In this document: positions 61,481 to 64,000 of the stretch, piece after piece
Position numbering within the stretch: position 1 is the stretch's first letter
How the letters are laid out: each line of letters starts with the position of its first letter
Assembly: GCA_951406725.2 (NCBI GenBank)
Contig: OX597814.1
Coordinates: 181,474,001 to 181,538,000, forward strand
Source of the DNA: Octopus vulgaris
Taxonomy: Eukaryota
Reading direction: 5' to 3'
DNA: 64,000 bases
The notes under the pieces: generated by a model
Databases searched by the model: none
Told to the model about the DNA's origin: nothing
The model's input: only the letters and a program-made list of their open reading frames with translations
Program-made: the position numbers and the translations under genes

Positions 61481-63159
61481 CTGCCTTTGACAATTCTTTT
61501 GTCAATTGAAAGTGTTAAAAAAAACATATAGAGGGCGAGATAAAAGTATTTGCTGATTTAATTTAGTATGTTTTATCAGTATATTTTTATTTATATGCTT
61601 TTATTTGGAGCAAATTCGTTATATCTGTAGTGGATAACACTGCTACAGAACTTTTCCCACAGTGGAACGATGGTTTTTCTCTGACAGCAGTTTTACATTT
61701 TCCAGATGCCTTTAACCAGGCCGAAATATGTCTTCACTACTTGACCCTTTCTAATCTCTTCTACTTCACCAAAAGCTAGAATAGAGATAACAAGACCACC
61801 AGCTAAATCTATTGTTCTCAATGATATATCTATCCTTCTGGATACTTATAAAAGTAAGCACACCCTATGCAAAAATCAGCTAGTCACCAGTCGGTGACAA
61901 CTCAGTGAGAACGAAGTCTGGCTGACCAGAGGGAGACAACGTCCCACACCCTACAACTCTCACTAGCTCTAATTCTGTTCTCTTACAACATCATTCTATC
62001 TCTCTCTGTATTTACTACTAAACAATGAAGAGGACACAAACACAAACTTTATTTCGCATACTTTTGGATTTGCCCGTCGAGGCAAGGCATTTTTAACATA
62101 ACGGTAAATAAATATTTCCTTAAAACATCATGCATTGTCCATCTTTCACATCCTACAGTATGCAATTATAGCAACAAATTTTTATCGTTACAACGGCTGA
62201 CTTCGACCCTCATCATCATTATTGTTTACTAATCAATTTCACTCGCTACAACTGGTAACTACACTAATTAAAATTTACCCGTTACATATCCATAGGAAAT
62301 CAATGGCACCTTTCGCACTGACTCTGCCTCATTGATCTTCCTTTCAGTTTCTTTTTGCAACTAAAATATACCAAGATCATTGCCAATACCCTAAATATTT
62401 CTCTTTCTCCGCCTCTCTCCCCCCATCTCTCTCTCTCTCTCTCGTTTTATCCTGGTTTATAAATGAAAGGATTTGAAACGTAGATGCTGTGTTTGAACTG
62501 TTCTCTTTAACATGTGTATTGAATAATCCCACTCTCCTAGTTATATTCGTATAGGCGCTTGACAAAGATCCGCGTGACTTAATGGTTAAGGTGTCAGACA
62601 CATATAAGTAAGATTGTGGTTTTGATTCCTAGACCGAGCGACGCGTTGTGTTCTTGAGCAAAACACTTCATTGTATGTTGCTCCAATCCGCTCATCTGGC
62701 AAGAATGAGTAATCTTACGACGGACCGGCGTCCTGCCCAGGAGGGAATATACACGCCACAGAATCAGAGTTGGGTAGGATTTTTATCCTATCTTTTTTTC
62801 TATCTATCCTAGTTACATTGGTTTCAATATAATTTCGGGAGAGAGGATGAGTCGGTTACATCGACCCCGGTGATCAAGTGGTACTTATTTTATCGACCCC
62901 GAAAGTATAAAAGGAAAAGTCGACATCGGCGGGATATGGAATCATAACGAAAAGAAGGACTAAATGCCGCTAACCATTTTGCCCGACGAGCTCACTATTC
63001 TACTTGTTCGCCGCTCACCTCTCTCCTAGTTATATTAATAAAGGGATTTGAAACGGTGTGTTTTAACTGTTCTCTTTAACTTAAATATTAAAAATCACTT
63101 TATCCCTACATTTGATGCTTGTAATAATCTTGACGATAATAATTTTTGAAAATTATATA

Positions 63160-63906
63160 CGAAGTCTGATCAATAAGTATCCGGAGTGTTGCAGAGTAAA
63201 GTCGCTTGGCACAAATTGACCTTAAACTCTGCTGTGCAAGTGCACTAAGTTTTAACGTTCTAGCTCACTTCTACTGTTTACAGCAGTGCTTGTGAAGGAA
63301 GATGTGTTGTGTGTGATCGTCGCATTGACTATAACAGAGAAAGTTGTCATGGCGATACCTGCTCAGAGGCCTACGCAGGGTTGCAGAAAGTGTATGAAGA
63401 GGAGTGTATGAGCCGCATACAAGTGTACAAGATGGCCGAAAAAATGTCGATATCGACGATCGTTCTGGGAGACCTGCAACCAGCAAAACTGAGAAAAAAA
63501 ACATAGCAGATGTCCGTGCAGCTGTGAGGAGAAATCGTCGAATCACCATTCGTGAGTTATCAGAGGATGTGCAGATTAGTTACCGCTCAGTTCAATCCAT
63601 TATCACTGAAGATTTGAGTATGAGACGCGTGTCTGCAAGTTTGTACCAAAACTGTTTTCATCTGATCAAAAAGACACTCGGGTTTCAGTTGCACAAGATC
63701 TCCTTGATTGTGTTGAGAATGATGAAAACTTTTTGAAAACTTTGTGTAGGCCTCTGAACAGGTATCACCAAGCTTTTGGCAAAATTCGATGCTGATTCTC
63801 TGTTCAACTTGCTCTGTCATGGTCAATGCGACGATCACACGCTACACACCTTCCTTCCAAGCGCTGCTGTAAACTGCAGAAGTGAGCTAGAGCGTTTAAA
63901 CTTAGT
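63160..63906 (+). mobile_element. Mariner transposon 5' half with an inverted copy of its own 5' region
   Basis: ta|CGAAGTCTGATCAATAAGTATCC TIR-like start; HTH motifs DDRSGRP, RRITIREL and MRRVSA.FVPK. 63741-63906 is the reverse complement of ~63243-63380. Confidence 0.85.
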
Positions 63907-64000
63907 GATCATACCACATATAAGGGTGCCGCAATTCAGCTATGTCAGATTGCCAGCAAACCTGGGGCTGAGTTTTATTTACATCCATTCATGTCGTAAA

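Overview
AT-rich, microsatellite- and transposon-dense animal genomic DNA. The SINE/LINE repertoire and microsatellite style suggest a cephalopod, probably Octopus (inference). Most entries in the ORF track are spurious microsatellite or TE frames. The left ~34.5 kb holds one spliced minus-strand gene for an uncharacterised ankyrin-repeat protein. I reconstructed 16 internal GT-AG exons, all phase 0-0, plus two probable 5' exons, and the gene runs off the window start. Its introns and the right half contain RTE and RLE-type (R4/Dong-like) LINEs, tRNA-derived SINEs, MITEs, Helitrons, a solo LTR, hAT and mariner relics, and a decayed Penelope-like element with an N-terminal GIY-YIG domain. The most striking pattern is several unrelated short palindromes or inverted repeats whose arms carry minimal type-I hammerhead-ribozyme-like cores, together with other fold-back structures. 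All coordinates and translations were read by eye; no database search was run.
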